Source of the DNA: Podarcis vaucheri
Taxonomy: Eukaryota
Assembly (NCBI GenBank): GCA_965113315.1
Contig: OZ220368.1
Length of the DNA stretch: 64,000 bases
Direction: 5' to 3' (one strand)
Shown here one piece after another: positions 26,743 through 40,774 of the stretch. Made by a program: the position numbers and the translations under genes. Position 1 is the first letter of the stretch. Each line of letters opens with the position of its first letter. Under the pieces are notes generated by a model. That model did no database searches. It was given only the letters and a program-made list of their open reading frames with translations, and was not told the DNA's origin.

Positions 26743-28572
26743 CCAGCCTTCCCCCAGAAATAATCCTGCAAAAGCTCTTCACATTTTATACTTTGGTTCT
26801 ATCACTTGTGCTAGGCATGTATCCTGTAAAGTGTGACCTAGTAAACGTATTTTTCTTTTTCCAATTGTATATCGTGTCTACCTGCATGAGTCCCACTGCA
26901 GTCCTGTGCAGCGTGTACACATTGCGTAAACATGGAGGAAGAGCAGCAAGAAATCTTCTCATGTGTTACAAGATAGTTCACATAGTGAACCTGCTAATGT
27001 TTGAATATGTGAAGAGGCTCTGCGATTATTCTAGGGCAATGGACTTGTTGACGTCCATCTTCATTTGCTTAAGTGGCTTAGTTTGAGATGGATACCATTC
27101 TTCTTCATAATGGTGCTGGAGAGCTAGTACTATTTCAACAGCCCCAATCTCTCAGCACTAGCTAAATCAGCACAATGGCCCTGCATAGAGGCCAACTTAG
27201 AGTAAGAACTCATCAATACTTGTCCCATTCCTAGAACTTGTCCCATGCCTGCTCCTTTGCCATGGAGAACCCACTCTTTAGTGCTAAACTGGAGCAAATG
27301 TGAATCTGGAAAAAAACTGTATTGCTGTTTGCTCCTACTGAGTGTTAAAGAGCAGTTTTCCCTGGGCGGAAGCAGTGGAACAAGAGGAAGTGTGGATGAG
27401 CCCTTAGCAGACATTTTTGACCAGAGTGGAAGGACAGAAGGCTGTTGAGTTGAAAACTAGGTCTAAGACTTTCTTTAAGAACCTAGTGAGAAAACACAGT
27501 ACACATTTATTGAGTTTTTTAAATTGCACTTCCTATTTCCACTCAAGGCAGTTTACAATATGCAATTTAAATCCCATATATAAGCCAGAGAACACAGATG
27601 TTGTTAAGAGTATAGGAGGAATAGAGAAGCATTAGTTAATCCTACATGGAAAAAGGTTTATGCATTTGCTTACTATTTCTGTGAGGTGTTCTGTTTATTG
27701 CTGCTTTGCATTTATTTTGAAGCTGTCTTAAATAGTCACCCACACCATTCATTTTTGAAACCAAAACAGGTGAGATCATGAAGTGTTTAGAATTATGTCT
27801 GTCTTGGGATACTTAATAAATTAAACCATATTTTCATACATACTTTCAAACTGGCTCCAACTTGTATTAGTTAAAAGCATCTAAAATTTTTGAAACACAT
27901 AATTTCATTTTATTTTATGATGTCCTTTTGCTAAGCTCATAAAAACACACACACACATGCATAACCCCCATAATCTTACTTATAATAATGTTAGAGAAGT
28001 AATCTTTTGCTGGAATTCTGTTTATGCCTCAAAAATTTCCCCTTTAATATTTTTCCACCCCCTCTTCTGTCCGCATTCCTAATCAAACAGTTGCTTGACT
28101 ATATTTATTTCCTGTGCAGTCAGAGCAAATATAAGTCCAGGATGATTTGGCATTGTGCAAGAAACTGAACTGTCTGATTCTGATTAATGATGCTATCCAT
28201 CTCAGAAGATAGTAATTCTCTCCTTCAGAGCTTAAGGGGGTGGGGGCTGGGGAATGAGAAAACCACAGAATTCATACTTCACTGTTTTTCTGGGGCATTT
28301 TTAGCATTTCATAAGCTGCCGGACTGTCACTGTGACTGTGCCTTTTGTACTAGAATACTTGGTGGCCATTCCCCAATGTTACTCCGGTCACCAAGAGCAA
28401 TGAAGAAGAAACGATTCCAGACAACCGTAATCAAGCCTCAAAATGTCTATGAAACTCTTAGAACAGTAAGAGGCCATCTAACTGCATGCCACATAAACAC
28501 CTATTATTGTTCCATCTTGCCTGTTCTATTATTGTTCCATATTGTCTGCTTGGATTGGCAGAAGCTCTCCAA

Positions 28573-28623
28573 GGTCTCAACAGGGGTCTTTCCCAGCCTT
28601 GGGTCTCAACAGGGGTCTTTCCC
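28573..28623. repeat. 22-bp direct repeat, period 29
   Basis: ggtctcaacaggggtctttccc x2. Confidence 0.92.
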
Positions 28624-29063
28624 TTTATACAGTGGAAACTGTATAAAGTCTTAGGATATTGAAACTGGAACTTAGGGCAGGGGGAAAGAAACCATGTACT
28701 CTACCATTCGGCTTCAACCCTTCCTGCATCTGATTGCAATTTTCCCCCTAAAGAAAAGATGGCTGATGTGTCCAAGCCAAACCACATGACACACAGGCAC
28801 AGATTCAGTCTGTTTGGGCTATCTGCCTCTCCTCCTGATAGGAGCAGGAATGCATCGTCATATCCACACAATTTGAAAACAGTGACCCTGGCCACCTCTG
28901 TTGCCAATTCTGGTTATTTATAGTATTATAGAGTTAGGAGAGATACTGGGAGACCATCTCTTGCTTGAATATCTTCATCTGAGTGTTTCCCACCTCACAA
29001 AGCTGTTTGTCACACTGCTTTAACAGTAGTCACTGCCGAAAGTTTCTCTTAAACAGCTTTAAA

Positions 29064-29195
29064 CAAGGTGTTGGACACTTGGGCCCTCCAAACACTGCTG
29101 AACTACAACTCCCATCAGTCTCAGCAAGCATGGCCAACATCAGGGGAGAGCTGTACTTCAGTGACATCTGGTGGGCCAAAGGTTCCCCATGTCAA
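29064..29195. mobile_element. hAT MITE (degenerate)
   Basis: aactacaactcccatca core flanked by ctttaaa on both sides. Confidence 0.65.
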
Positions 29196-32100
29196 CTTTA
29201 AACAATCTGAGTCTCATGTACCCTAGGGATTGCCCTTTTCCATCTGGCCATTCCTCAATGTTACTTCGGTCACCTAACCTTTAAAATCTGGGAAGAGGGC
29301 AGCAAATAAAAAGGGGCAGGTTGGCAGGGACTTGAGATATGGACTTTGCTATTGTTCCACCACCATGCAAAACAGATTACCTGCTGAGATCTGTGAAAGT
29401 TATTGCCTGTTATTTGTAAAGCATTTCAGTTTAGGCATGCTGTTAAACTCAGTTTTAATTAACATGTTTGATTTGGGGTAGCTTCAGATTTATTATTTTT
29501 TTGGTATGTTGGGAGTTAAGGGTTTTTTTTTCTCCTTTTAAAGAAATTAGTTGAGTTAAAAATTCTACAGACTCTGCCCATGTTGTCAGCTCTGGGCTGC
29601 TCACCACTGGCGTAGGCACACTGTTGTTGTTTAGGCTCTGTCCCCCATCCATGCTTCAGTTTGTGGTGTATGTGGACATGTATTTGGAGGTACTAGTCAC
29701 ACTTCCCATCATTTATCTCAAATGCAGAAAAGCAAAAGTAGAAGTTCCCCCATAAACACATGGGAAAGTCTAGGAATATTCGAGACGGAATCCTATGTTC
29801 TTTAACCAGTCTAAAAGGCATGTTCAGGGATGATAACAGAATCAAAATAACTACATCAGTTCTAATAGAAGTGTCTTCGCAGAAGACAAATGTTTCTAAA
29901 GCAGGTGTTTTTACAGCAACCTTCTTAAAAGTGTGGAGAATAGAATTCTTAGGCTCCACAAGAAATTTTAATTGTTCCAAGCTTGTAGCCTTGCCTATTG
30001 CACTGCGGAAGCTACTAGTCTGGCTGGATGTTTTCATGTTTGTGTCTGGGGAGCATAGCGGTTGCTTCTGTGTCGCTCTAAGAATTTTATGATAGTGGTT
30101 ATTTTAATTCATTTGGTTTCCTACACTGTAGCTGAAAATGAGGTGTGGCATGCATAGGAAACTAAAACGAAGGTGGATTGCTGGAAATATTCAGCTTTTC
30201 TTGCAGCCAGGGGACAAGAAGTTCAAAACAGAAAGGGTGGAGAAAAGCAGTCCCAAAACTGTCATCTTTGGGACTGCTGGCTACCACTATTGGCAAGCAG
30301 TGATTGAGGTTTAGTTTTGAAATGCATTGACTTACAGACAGTTCCACTCTGTTTTCTGGTCCAAAGAGGCAGAGTAGGGAGTTGCTTTTCTTCGAGGAAG
30401 CCTGTCTCACTTGGGAAACAATTGCCCTTGAGAAAAATAAAAGCTCAACTTAAAAGCTTCACCCCCAGTGCTTGTGTAACCATAGAGCCCTGAAGCCAGT
30501 GTAGTTTTGCACTGTTTTATATTTAACTTCCCTAAGCGCCTAAAACTAAATGGAGCAAGTTCATGGCTGGCACATCACATTGAATTACCTGTTTGGTTTA
30601 TCTGGTCAAAAGAGCAGCAGAAATCCCTCTGCACCATTTGAAGGAATCTGTCAGCATTTCCGTTATGAAAAGTCCGGCCTCTCCTGTGCTTTTAATTACG
30701 TTGAAAGAATTTGCATCTGCATATAAATGCAGTTTAATATATAGCACAAGCACATTTTATTTCTAATAATGAAAAGGAACAGTTTTGCAAGCTCAAACTT
30801 ATGTTTGTTGCAACCACATTCATTTAAATGCCCAGGGGGTGAGGGATGGAAACCCAAAACACTTGGATAATCTATGGTTCTTCTCTCTCTCAGGAGGACC
30901 ACTGAAAATGAGAATTCATTAAAATGTTGGCAAATATTTAAAAATCCCATCGACTAGCTCTGAGGGAGAACTGTAGTAAAGACTGTCTAGGGGAACAAAA
31001 CAATCTTTCAGACTAGTTTAAAATCAGCAGAGTAGTAACCATACAACTGTAAGATGTTGCAACACATCCAGCATTATTTACATCAATGCTTACATTACTG
31101 AAACAGAATGTGAACTCAGCAGAGGTTAGTGTATCTTTATTAACATTTATGAGCAGTCCATGGTGCAGTGCCACGGGCTGGTGTGGTTGGGCACAGGTTG
31201 AAACCCAATTTCCTGACTGAGGGCCAGCACAAGAACCCTGCCCAGGGTGCTGATCCTTTACAGCATGGCTGCCTGCGTTCTGGGCCAGAGGAGGCAAATG
31301 AGTGACCAACAGAGCAAGCAAGGCATGTGTTGCTAGGGACGATGGGAATTGTAGTCCAAAACATCAGCAGGGCACCAGATTGGCAAAGGCTGAACTACAC
31401 CATGATTTATCTTGGCCTAGGAAGACAATGACGACACATTTTTGATACCTGTGCAAATGTTCCTAGACCAAGGTCATCTCCAATGATCAGCCAACTGTTG
31501 CTGAGCAGGAGGCATTTCAGGTACAACCAAACAGCTGATCGGTGGTGCCTGCAAACCCAGCCAAGTGGCACTTTTATGCTGCCCCATACGGGCAATTAAG
31601 TGTGGCTGGGCCAAAATGGTCTGGCAGGAGCAATTAAGCCCGTGGGTCAGAGATTCCCCACTACTGCTTTAAAATAAACATCCACAATTAAAAAGTACAA
31701 CAAACAATTCCATTAAAACAGTATAATAATCAAAACAGTTAATTAAAGCAGTTTCAAGTCATGAGATCAGCAGAATGGAGTTACAAGAGCCCCCGCTTAA
31801 GGGTGTGTTGGATTTTTTAACTTTTCAAATTCCAAAAATGAGGATTGCTAAAAAGTTGTAACATGATTTGGGAATCCGAAACATATATTGGTTAAATTGA
31901 TATAATTTACTTTTGCTTGTAAGCAAAATGTGTGTAAAATTGCATAGAAATCATTAAAAATGATTTCCAAGTAATTGCTGTTATATATATTAATATTTGT
32001 TGTTATTATTCAACATTACCTGAGGTTTTCATAAGGTAAAATTAAACTTCCTTGCTTGTCTCAAAGCAGTTTATGTGCTTTTTTATCCAATGTAGACTTA

Positions 32101-32895
32101 CCAAGATAAATGTCCAATCACAAAAACAGCAAATGTGACTTTATCACACCCAGAAACGTATTTTGAAGACCGCCTCACTGAAGTTCCACCCTTTAAAACA
32201 ACATGGTCTACCTACAAGAACTAAATCTCCCTCCCCCACTATTGCATTGCATCCTGTCATGCTGTTAATCTGACCTTGGGGGGGGGAGGGGGAGGAAAGT
32301 AGTGGAGGCAGGTTGAGGGCAATTTCCCCTTGCAAACTGAGCCCATCCAAGGGCAGTCTCAGCAGCAATACCCGTATTTCTCCTACTGTATTACCTGTTT
32401 TTATGCAGCCAAAATGGTACTCTCTGTGCAAAATAGGAAATAAGCAGGCCTGGGGAGACCACAATGTTTGCAGAGCTGCAGATCTAGGAGGACTTCCACC
32501 AAATAGTGCAAAATGGACTGATCATACTAAATGGGCAGAGAATGCAGACTTATTGGAAGGAACAGAAAATGAGTCTGTGGAAATATTCAGAAGCACCCTG
32601 CCTTCTACTGTGGAATCAGGGTTAGTAGCCATTGGTAGCCCTATGCTCCATCCATTTGTCTAATCCTCTTGTAAAGCCATCTAAGTTGGTGACCATCATG
32701 TCCCTAGTTTAACTATGCATTGCGTGGAAGTACTTTCTTTTGCCTGTACAGTCTCCCAACATTCAGCTTCATTGGTGGTCCATGAATTCTAGTGCTATAA
32801 CGATTGGAGACAAGCATACTCTCCATCTACTTTCCCTATACCATACATTACCATCTCTCTTACTTGCTTTTTCTCTGAACTTAAAAGCTCTAAAA

Positions 32896-33033
32896 CAGCG
32901 GTTCTCAACCTGTGGGTCCCCAGATGTTGTTGGACTACAACTCCCATCATCCCTGAGCTCTGGCCTTGTTAGCTAGGGGTGATGGGAGTTGTAGTTCAAC
33001 AACATCTGAGGACCCACAGGTTGAGAAAGACTG
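32896..33033. mobile_element. hAT (Charlie-type) MITE
   Basis: TIR cagcggttctcaacctgtgggtcc / ggacccacaggttgagaaagactg; ggactacaactcccatcat core. Confidence 0.88.
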
Positions 33034-33059
33034 TGCTAAAGGCTGTTAACAGTCCCATT

Positions 33060-33463
33060 TAGTGGCGTAGTGTGGGAAGGGCCCTGGGGGCACAATCGGG
33101 GGGGGGCACGAACCAGGCACAACCCGAGACCCCCCTCGCATCCTGCTGGCAGCGGGGGCTGGAGATCACGGAGGGTGAAGATCACCCTCTGCATGTCCTC
33201 CCATGCCTGGCATGCCCAGCTGCTGCTTCCTTCCCAGGGTCAATCCTGATTTGGGGCACAAAGCAGCTGCAGTGACTGGCTGCAACTCCAGAGATCGGCT
33301 GTGGCGCGCCCGGCTGTGGCGCCTCCTTCCCTGGGGGCGGAGAGTGGCTGCCACCCACTCTCCTAAACTGGGGCGCCCGAGTACACCCCTGCCCAGGTGC
33401 CACAGCAAGCTCCCTCCATGCCCCCCCCCAACCCAGGCACTATTTAGATATGCTCTGCCACTG
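33060..33463. mobile_element. hAT (Ac-type) non-autonomous element, GC-rich
   Basis: TIR tagtggcgtagtgt / atgctctgccactg; 8-bp TSD gtcccatt / gtcccaat. Confidence 0.75.
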
Positions 33464-36400
33464 GTCCCAATGAGAATTCTGGCAGCCCTTTTCTGATCCC
33501 ATTCCAACCCTACAATATCCTTTTTGAGGTGAGGTGATGAGAACTGTTCATATAGTATTCCAAATGCAGTCACGCCATAGATTTGCACGATAGCATTATA
33601 TTGGCGGTCTTATTTTCAACTCTTTTCCTAATGGCCCCTAGCACAGAATTTTCCTTTTCCACAGCTGCCACACATGGGGCAACATCTTCATCAAGCTATC
33701 CACTACAACTCCCAAATTATTGTTCCTAGTCAGTCACCACCAGTTCAGACCCCATGAATGTAGATATGAAATTAAGATTACATTTAATTGCACTTGCCAT
33801 TTTACTGCCCAGTTTGGAGAAGCCCCTTTGGAGCTCTTCACAATCTCGTTTAAGCCACCCTGAACACTTTATGAACAAATTAAAAATCACAGGTCTTAAT
33901 ACTTACCCTGGAAGAAGCCTCTTTCTACATCCCTGTTGGAAGAATTGTCCATTCATTCCTATTCTCTGCTTCCTGTTTACTTAACCGGTTCCTGATCCAC
34001 AAGATGACCTCTCTTATTCCTTAACTTACTTGGGAGTCTTTGGGGAGGTACCTTGTTGAAAGCTTTTTGAAAGTCCTAGTATATCAGCTGGATCACATCT
34101 GCTTGCTGACACTATTGAAGAACTCTGAACAGATTTGTGAGACAGGATTTACAATTTCCACATCTGCCAAATTTTCAAATAGACAATCTCAACTTTAAAA
34201 CTTGACAATATGTTTCATTGATAATGTCTAATCCATCTTAAATTGGCCTAATAGGCACAGGTACGGAAATTAAATAATACCCAGGTATCACTCAGAAGAA
34301 TGGTTTAAAAATGACAACTTGGTTTTATGGTAAATAACTTTATTACTTTCTTAACTCTTGCTTACATTGCTGGGCTAATCATAGACTTAATATGTTTGAA
34401 AGCTTTGGCAAAAGCAAGGCAGTACAATCAGAAGCTGAAGCAAGAATTTTGCATATGGAAAATTAGCATCAAGTGCAAATGTTCTTGCAACAGAACCAGT
34501 ATATGAAAAACCACTGTGAGAATGACTCACTGATGGACACATTTGTTGTTGTTTTCATGATCTTTTGCAATGTGTTTGCTGGTTTCCACAGCCTTGTTTA
34601 AATTCAAGCAAAGACCTCTTTGCACCAGCTCTGTAGGATTTCATTTGCGAGTTGTACATTTAATTCTCCACAGCAGATGGTGTTGAGTGGGTGAAGTGCT
34701 GTATATTTGCGACAGATTCCTTATCCTACAAAATTAATTAAGTGCTTCATACTGAGACTTAAAATCAGAATTGTATTATTTGTTAAAAGCTAATTCATGC
34801 TTGTGGTTTTTAAGGATGTACACAACACAAGATTTGGTGTTTCGAGTATTTCCTTTAATTAGTCAGTAAATGCAGCCATGTCTTCTAGACTGAAATGCTA
34901 CTGCTGTTGTAAATTTGAAATTCACTTGTAAATAAGTGTCATATTTTTGGCTGGAGTATTAGTTTTTCCAGATGTTGCTATGCAGAAGGTTGCTAAGGAA
35001 ATCAATCAGTGTTCAATTATACGCAGTACAATGGAGCTCTCAGAATGCTTGTTTTCCACAAGCTTCCATATCCTACAGAGTTCTTTGAAATAAGAAATGA
35101 AAATGTAAAAAGATAACTTCTTGCTTTTTACAGAGAACTTAAGTGTGCTTGAAAATGTTTGGAAACGGTCAATACCAAATACATGGTTAAAGCACCACCA
35201 TACTATTAGGCAAACGGGCAACTCATCTAGCCAAATGTATTGCCTACAATAGTGACAAATACCGAATCTCAGAAAAAGTTTAGGAACATGAAAAAGTAAC
35301 AGGATTTAGTTTTCATCACCCATTCTCATCTCTCCTCGTCCTTAAACATTAGCAAGATATCCTTATGCTCAAGATGTGACTATAGTAATCTTGGCTAACC
35401 ATTCTTGGGGAAAACACACACACAGACACTATCTGGGTGCAGAGCTTCATATTAAATATACATTTTGGACAATCCTGCTCTAATAACTGAAGTAAATTAT
35501 AGGCACTCACATTACTGCAAATATTTATTATAAATGTAGCAATTTATGTCAGAAATAGAGCACCAAAAACTGACATCAGGGCCATTAGATGAAACGGGTA
35601 GGCAGAAAGCACTGAATGAAGACAGGGAAGAGCTGATTGCAGAAAAACCGGTGGATGTGAAGTACTCTTATATTCACTGCAGAAGTTGTTGGAAGGATGC
35701 CCATATCCAAACTATTTTTTTCCTGGTAGTGCAACTGAAGTTGTGTATCAAATACAAGTGACAGGATGAAATATCTGACAAGTTAACAGTATCCATTTTC
35801 TAGAGCTCTGTGGTCATGCAGATGTTGTTATTGAACTATGAACATACCTATGCATCATCACGATTAAAATCAGTCTCCTTACCTAAGGAAAGTGTCAGCT
35901 CCAGGCTGTGACAAGAACAGGTGTCAACAGAAATCCAGCAGAGGTGAAGTCTAGAATAGGCTAGTTATCACAAAGGAGTCAGCCGACATGAATTCTTGAC
36001 AGCTCAGTCATAGTAGTCATCAGAGAGCAATACCTAGATCTGTTCCGATGCAATGGAAACTGGGCCGAGGTTGGGACTGGAAGCAAGCGAGGTTGGGAAG
36101 TAAAAGAATAGCGAAGGGTACCTGTTCTCTGTCACATTTCTGTATCTAATGCTGGAAACTTCTAAACACTGAGGGTCAAAAGGAAACAGTGAGTTTTCAT
36201 GAGACTAGCCAGATTTGATGTCCCCTCAGGAGGTTGTCTTCAGTGAAAGGTATCTATGCCTCTTGAGCAACTATTGTAGCAATTCTTTTTTTAAAAAGAT
36301 CTGAGAATGAGAGAAAGCTGTCTAGAATCGGGGATTCCAGTAGTCATAACTGTGTGCCCTCTGGGCTATGTCTTCTTCGTAAGGAAAAAAGATCAACATT

Positions 36401-36958
36401 TGGGGACAATATTGCAGTTCCCAACCTCTGGTGGACTTGTTTCCACTAATTAGCACCCATAAAATACATGGATAAAGTTTCTATATTCCACTCTCCCTGG
36501 AATACAAGCAACCTCCTTCCACACATAATCCACAATCATCATGTGATCAGTGATCTACAATGCACACATAAAGATACTTGATGATCTTGCAATGTTATAA
36601 TGAATACTCAAATTTATTTAAGACGGCCGTAATCTGCAAAAATTCATCCCACAGCATGAAACTACTGTTAATCTCTTGCAAAAAAAGGAGAGAAATATTT
36701 GTTATTAGTAAAAGTCCTGTATAACTGCACACCATCAAGCAGGTAGCTGATATATTATTCCAAAGCTTGGACATGAAGAGCAGTGCTGCAGTTTTATGTA
36801 TTTCCAATTAGCAACAGAACCTGAAGATAAATGTGGAGCAAATTTTTGTATTTATGATATTCATATAAACCTCTAGGAGGCTGTCCGGGCTATAAACAAA
36901 GTGGAGAAACCTGTTTAAACTCCAAATGAAGGTCAAAATATTTTGCTACTCTTTAAAG

Positions 36959-37088
36959 CAGAGCAAGGGAACCTGTGATACTCCATGTTGCTAGACTCCA
37001 GCTTCAGTAACCCCCCCCCAACAGTTGGTCAGCTGATAGAAGTTGGGAGTCCAAGCATACATTTAGGGCCACAGGTCCCTCATCTCTG
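36959..37088. mobile_element. hAT MITE
   Basis: Perfect 8-bp TSD ctttaaag (36951-36958, 37089-37096); imperfect TIR cagag...gggaacctgtg / cacaggtccc...ctctg. Confidence 0.8.
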
Positions 37089-37681
37089 CTTTAAAGGTAT
37101 CCATGGGAAAGTGCTGAAATCTAGGACAACCTAGAGGATCATAATTCAGCAAACACTACTGCTATGCAAGTTCCCGTAGGGTTTAGAAGTATGAGGGAAG
37201 TGAACTGATTTCATGCAGCCACAGCGTCCAATTATTTATGCGCATTAGAAGCAAACAAAGGTTGCTCAAGACAGTACTGTAGCAGAGGTGCTGAACAGAG
37301 CGATGTCTCTCTGGACTCCAGATACTTACAAAATATACAAACACTCGGGGATTCAAAATGGATGGCCAACTGGCAAATGGTCATTTAAACTATTTCATGC
37401 TATTTTAAGTGATTCATTGCTTCTTTACACAGGTTAGAGATTATCATTGGACGGTTAAGATAACTACATCATTTGAAACAGGAGTTCCAGGTGTTCCGGT
37501 GTTCCAGATTCAACTTGCTTTGGCTTGTTAGTTTTCTAGATCCCTCTACTAGTTTCGGTATACTACAGCCAATGCGTCTTGTGTGTATGGCCACTTAACC
37601 AAGGATACAAGGCAGGTGAGTCAAAAGTCTAAATGTTACCAAGTGCTCTTGATTCTTTCTGAAGAATTCTTTCTTGATTCT

Positions 37682-37775
37682 ATCTGAAGAAGTGTGCATA
37701 GACACAAAAGCTCATACCAATAACAAACTTGGTCTCTTAGGTGCTACTGGAAGGAATTTTTTTATTTTGTTTTGA
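37682..37775 (+). mobile_element. Penelope-like terminal fragment with decayed hammerhead core
   Basis: ctgaagaagtgtgcatagacacaaaagctcatacc...ggtgctactggaagga, homologous to 13450-13519. Confidence 0.7.
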
Positions 37776-39107
37776 TTCTTTCAGTAAGCTTAGAGACTGA
37801 TTCACTCTTGAAATTCTAATTCCAGGGGCTATGGCCATTTAAGGTGCTGTGATTATAGGTTGGTTGATCACTTAAGTGAGTTCTCTGATGCCATTCAAAT
37901 CACCAGGTTTACTAAATCCTGTGAAATTGTTATCAGCAACATCTTCATTGAGCTATCCACTACCACTCCCAAGTTGTTGTTCCTAGTTAGTTAGATAGTT
38001 AGTCAGTCAGTTATCAGATTTATGTTGTGGATTCTCATTGTCAGGATATATACAAAGGAGGTAATAATCATCAGGGGCTCAGCCTGTATTCCGTTCAGCT
38101 TTAACTAAAAGAGAGAACTGCAGGAAAACCAGTGAGGTGGGGAAGAAGCCATTTAAGAGGCCCAAGTGGATCGTGGATACTCTCTGATCCCTACAAACAC
38201 TTAAGGTTAGGAACAAGATTTGGCTGCTATGATTCCATTTTCACTGTTGTCCCTCCCACATTTTATTTTCCAGCTGCCACACAGTATATTTGTTTCTTCT
38301 GACTGGATTATTCAGCAGCACTCTCTCCAAAACTGTGATCACTAAGTAGGAAGTACTATTTTTCTATTCTGCACTAGCAATATAGTTAATCATTAACAAA
38401 AGCCATGAGAAATGCCTTTCACTGCTAGGGCTTCTATGGTTATGACCCGCCCTTTGCAGACAAGCATCACTCAGACAATAAAGACCTACAGCTACATCAT
38501 CACAGCTCCTGAGGAACAGACACTGTTCCACCTTATCCCAAAGAGAATCTGGTTTTGGTTGGCAGCTTATAATTATGAGGAAAAAAATGTATACATACTA
38601 GATGAGAAAGAGAGACTTGGGCATTATGTAGGAAACCGGCTCTCTTTTCATTCCTCTAAAAACATCCCTGGAACTATTTGTCTGCAATTTGGGAGGCTAA
38701 GGCCACTCTTGAGAGACTTCCCTGTACCTGTAAATTTCATTTACTTTAAAAAAAAAAATGGTAAATTTGTTTAGATGTTTTTAGATTTTTGCATTACAGT
38801 TAATGGGAAAACACACAACTTTGTTTTATACAGAATGCTTTGGAACTCAAAACACAGATTGAAGCAGAGCAAGTACATAAACAGACAGATTCAAGGCAAA
38901 TCTTAGTGCCTGCATACGCCCCTAATAAGTGCATTGTTAACTGCATGCATGGAAAAGTTATAAGGGCTGGAAAGATGAAACCAGAATTTTAAAAATGGGA
39001 TCTACAGGATTAAAAACTATTAAGATATATGGATGAAGCTGTGGTTATGAAAACAGCTGAACACTTTTAAAAATATGGCAAGTCCATAGCCATTCTACAC
39101 ACTTTCA

Positions 39108-39113
39108 TTTATT
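39108..39113 (-). terminator. Candidate distal poly(A) signal AATAAA
   Basis: Plus strand reads tttatt. It sits at the end of the U-rich UTR-like block. Confidence 0.6.
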
Positions 39114-40166
39114 GTCTGGACAATTTAAATACAAATAATTCAAACACAACAAGGTTATGAAAAAAAACATTTACAATACTTTCCCTCAGAAATGATCTAA
39201 ACTAGCAAGTTAAACATGAAGTAATACATTATAACTAAAATATACAACTGCCTGGTCCTAAGAAAGATTTTTTTTATTTTAAATTTCAGATAGTAAAACA
39301 CATTGTAGAGAAAAGATTCTGACATGCCTTCCCCACTAATGCTTAGAAATTGCATCAAAACTTTCCCAGCAAACTCCGCTCATTCACAGCAGATGGTGTA
39401 GAAAGGTTTTCCCCAAACATTGAATGAGGGCATTTTCGGTTGTTGTTTTTTTGTTTTGTTTCGTTTGAAATTTAAAATCATTTCAAAATGTAAATGAACT
39501 GATGACATTTAGGATGCACAGCCTTTGCTGTTAAATTATTCTTGTACTACAAAATGTTTGCTGCTTCAGTGTGGAAAATAAATAAATGAAATAAAACCAG
39601 TATGTAGTTTACATGCAGTTAGTGGGTATAAGCATGGGGCGGGGGCGGGGGGGGGGGATGCACAAAATAAGCACAAGTTATAAAGAACCATAACGTTTTA
39701 TTACCATTAAGACTAAACTGGTATTGAAAAAATTGTATATAACAAGACAAGAAAAGCAATAGCAAATTTAACTATCAACTAGATTATGCATAGCGAGTAA
39801 CTGTTTCTAGTACTCAGGGAAGAGCATGACCTTTTTTTTGTTTTAAATATATAACCATACAAAGCACAAACATACGAAAAGGATCAGTGCACTGAACATG
39901 GGAGAGGACTCCCTCAGTCATTTTGTTCCCTTAGCTCTGTTTTCCCCAATCTGAATTACATTAAAATAAAGACCCAGTTGTTGTTGTTGTTTTCTACTGT
40001 GCAGTAAGAAAAAAAAAATCACGACAAACATGACAATATATCAAACAATATTTCTACACAGGTTACCTTGATACCTCTTGCCACTTTAAGTATCATTAAG
40101 AAAACATTTTAAGACATATACAAACGAAACTAGCAAAATGTTACAACTTAGAATAAGTTAACCAAA

Positions 40167-40302
40167 NNNNNNNNNNNNNNNNNNNNNNNNNNNNNNNNNN
40201 NNNNNNNNNNNNNNNNNNNNNNNNNNNNNNNNNNNNNNNNNNNNNNNNNNNNNNNNNNNNNNNNNNNNNNNNNNNNNNNNNNNNNNNNNNNNNNNNNNNN
40301 NN
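40167..40302. other. Assembly gap in 3'UTR
   Basis: N run. Confidence 0.99.
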
Positions 40303-40774
40303 GCAATATTTGATTTTGGCATATGCGTCACATCAGCAATTAAATAAATAAGTGTTTCAAGCAACGTAAAGAGTGTTTCAAATGTGCCAACACAGCCCAA
40401 TTTATATCAGTATGGGCTAGAAAGTGAATCTGAAAATTCTTAACAAATTTAAAGCAAATGTACTTTTTCCCCCTCTAAACACGTTACATTTAACTATGAT
40501 ACTAAGATATGTAAATAATTTTTGTAGCACCTACTGCTCAAAGAAAGGAACTTTTTGATTAAAATTAATTTTTTTCCAAAACTTTTGTTCTGCTGATATC
40601 CCATACTGATGACTTAAAGAAAAACCACCCTGCAACTCATCTCCTTGCTTTTGGGTTTTGACTGTGGGTAACTGTGTGCCTGGGAAGAACACTCTCCCGT
40701 TCTGTATTTAATATTTTTATTACATGCTATGAAAAGATACGAAGATCATCTGTTTGTAGCCCATCCTTCAAAAA

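Larger units (their letters stand above)
32560..34150 (-). mobile_element. Old CR1 LINE fragment (ORF2 3' part) with two nested MITEs
   Basis: Minus-strand ORF reads LYEQFSSPHLKKDIVGLEWDQKRAARIL, like CR1 'QFWSPHLKKDI..LE.VQ.RA'. Homologous to 49650-50520. Confidence 0.8.
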
